Source: Candidatus Wolfebacteria bacterium
Lineage (GTDB): Bacteria > Patescibacteriota > Minisyncoccia > Phycocordibacterales > Phycocordibacteraceae
NCBI GenBank assembly: GCA_002400985.2
Contig: NVRX02000004.1
Span: 83,531 to 107,530 of the forward strand
Direction of reading: 5' to 3'
DNA length: 24,000 nucleotides
The position numbers and the translations under genes were made by a program. Numbering within the stretch: position 1 is the stretch's first letter; every line of letters begins with the position of its first letter. Below the pieces are notes generated by a model that was given only the letters and a program-made list of their open reading frames with translations, had not been told where the DNA came from and did no database searches. This document shows, one piece after another, positions 23,475 to 24,000 of this stretch.

Positions 23475-24000
23475 TTATATGCTTTTTAAAAGAAACAGCT
23501 CTAGCCCTTCTTTAAAATCAATCTCTCCTCTCCTTGCTTTATGGTAAAAATCAATAAATTCTCGTGACTGTCTTGCTGCATGTTTATCTTTTGGAATATT
23601 CCTTCTAAGCTTTGAATGTATAAACCCTGCGAGTGTCTCTACCTCTTTACCTTCCATGTGCTCTTTTTGAAACTCTTTCCAAGCAACCAAACCGTCTCCT
23701 CTATCTATAGCATTCCAAATAGCAAAGTTTGGCTTAGAATCTTTTGCCGGAAGATCGTATGAAAATACTTTGACTGCATGTTTCTCAATCTCTTTCTTTG
23801 CTTTTGCAAGAAGCTTCCCTTCTATGAGCGCAAAAACATTGTCTGACTCTGCCAAGTGCTGCAGGTGCTCAAGTATAAATGCTTCATTTTTTTGCATAAC
23901 ACCATCAAGAGAAATGAGCATTCGTTTTGCAAACAATGATTGTCCTCCTAGGTTCTCAAGCACCAGATCTTCATTAAAAAGGTCTTCTGTTATCCGCACG
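23475..24000 (-). CDS. holA: Possible DNA polymerase III delta subunit (HolA-like), N-terminus beyond window
   Basis: The ORF is open to the window edge. GGQSLFAKRMLISLDGV resembles the HolA domain I motif (SLFxxKRLVxx), and a helical C-terminal region follows. The call comes from weak motif memory only. Confidence 0.4.
   Translation of the reverse strand, partial: VRITEDLFNEDLVLENLGGQSLFAKRMLISLDGVMQKNEAFILEHLQHLAESDNVFALIEGKLLAKAKKEIEKHAVKVFSYDLPAKDSKPNFAIWNAIDRGDGLVAWKEFQKEHMEGKEVETLAGFIHSKLRRNIPKDKHAARQSREFIDFYHKARRGEIDFKEGLELFLLKSI

Overview
AT-rich, gene-dense, mostly minus-strand window that reads like core chromosome of a streamlined Patescibacteria/CPR (Parcubacteria-like) bacterium. 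The taxon is an inference from gene content. I support 33 CDS and 5 tRNAs: His-GTG, Val-TAC, Arg-TCT, Ser-TGA and Lys-TTT. TGA acts as a stop (uppS, ruvA), so this is standard code 11.

Gene content:
- ileS (partial), argS and glyA.
- A thymidylate module: an all-alpha NTP pyrophosphatase, glyA, a long ThyX-like gene and tmk.
- secE-nusG-rplK, with no rplA following.
- rplS, an RluA-family gene, uppS and acyP.
- A ruvX, tRNA-binding protein, yqaA-like and pilMNO(+1) operon.
- rpsT, ruvA, a MurE-like ligase, a lamin-tail-domain protein and a partial holA-like gene.
- Several small membrane or orphan proteins.

I saw no CRISPR array, transposase, integrase or rRNA.

The strongest finding is in ileS. 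This ORF is absent from the ORF track because its stop lies off-window, so I translated it by hand. It carries a complete, apparently catalytically intact histidine-phosphatase (PGAM-like) domain nested inside the catalytic domain. Its KMSKS motif is also altered to KLAKK.

The second finding is window-wide. Most operon-first genes have an extended -10 (TGnTAnnnT) only 6-10 nt upstream of the ATG, which suggests leaderless mRNAs. Only three plus-strand genes carry a near-identical strong SD leader.

All coordinates were derived by hand. tRNA, hairpin and promoter bounds may be off by 1-2 nt.
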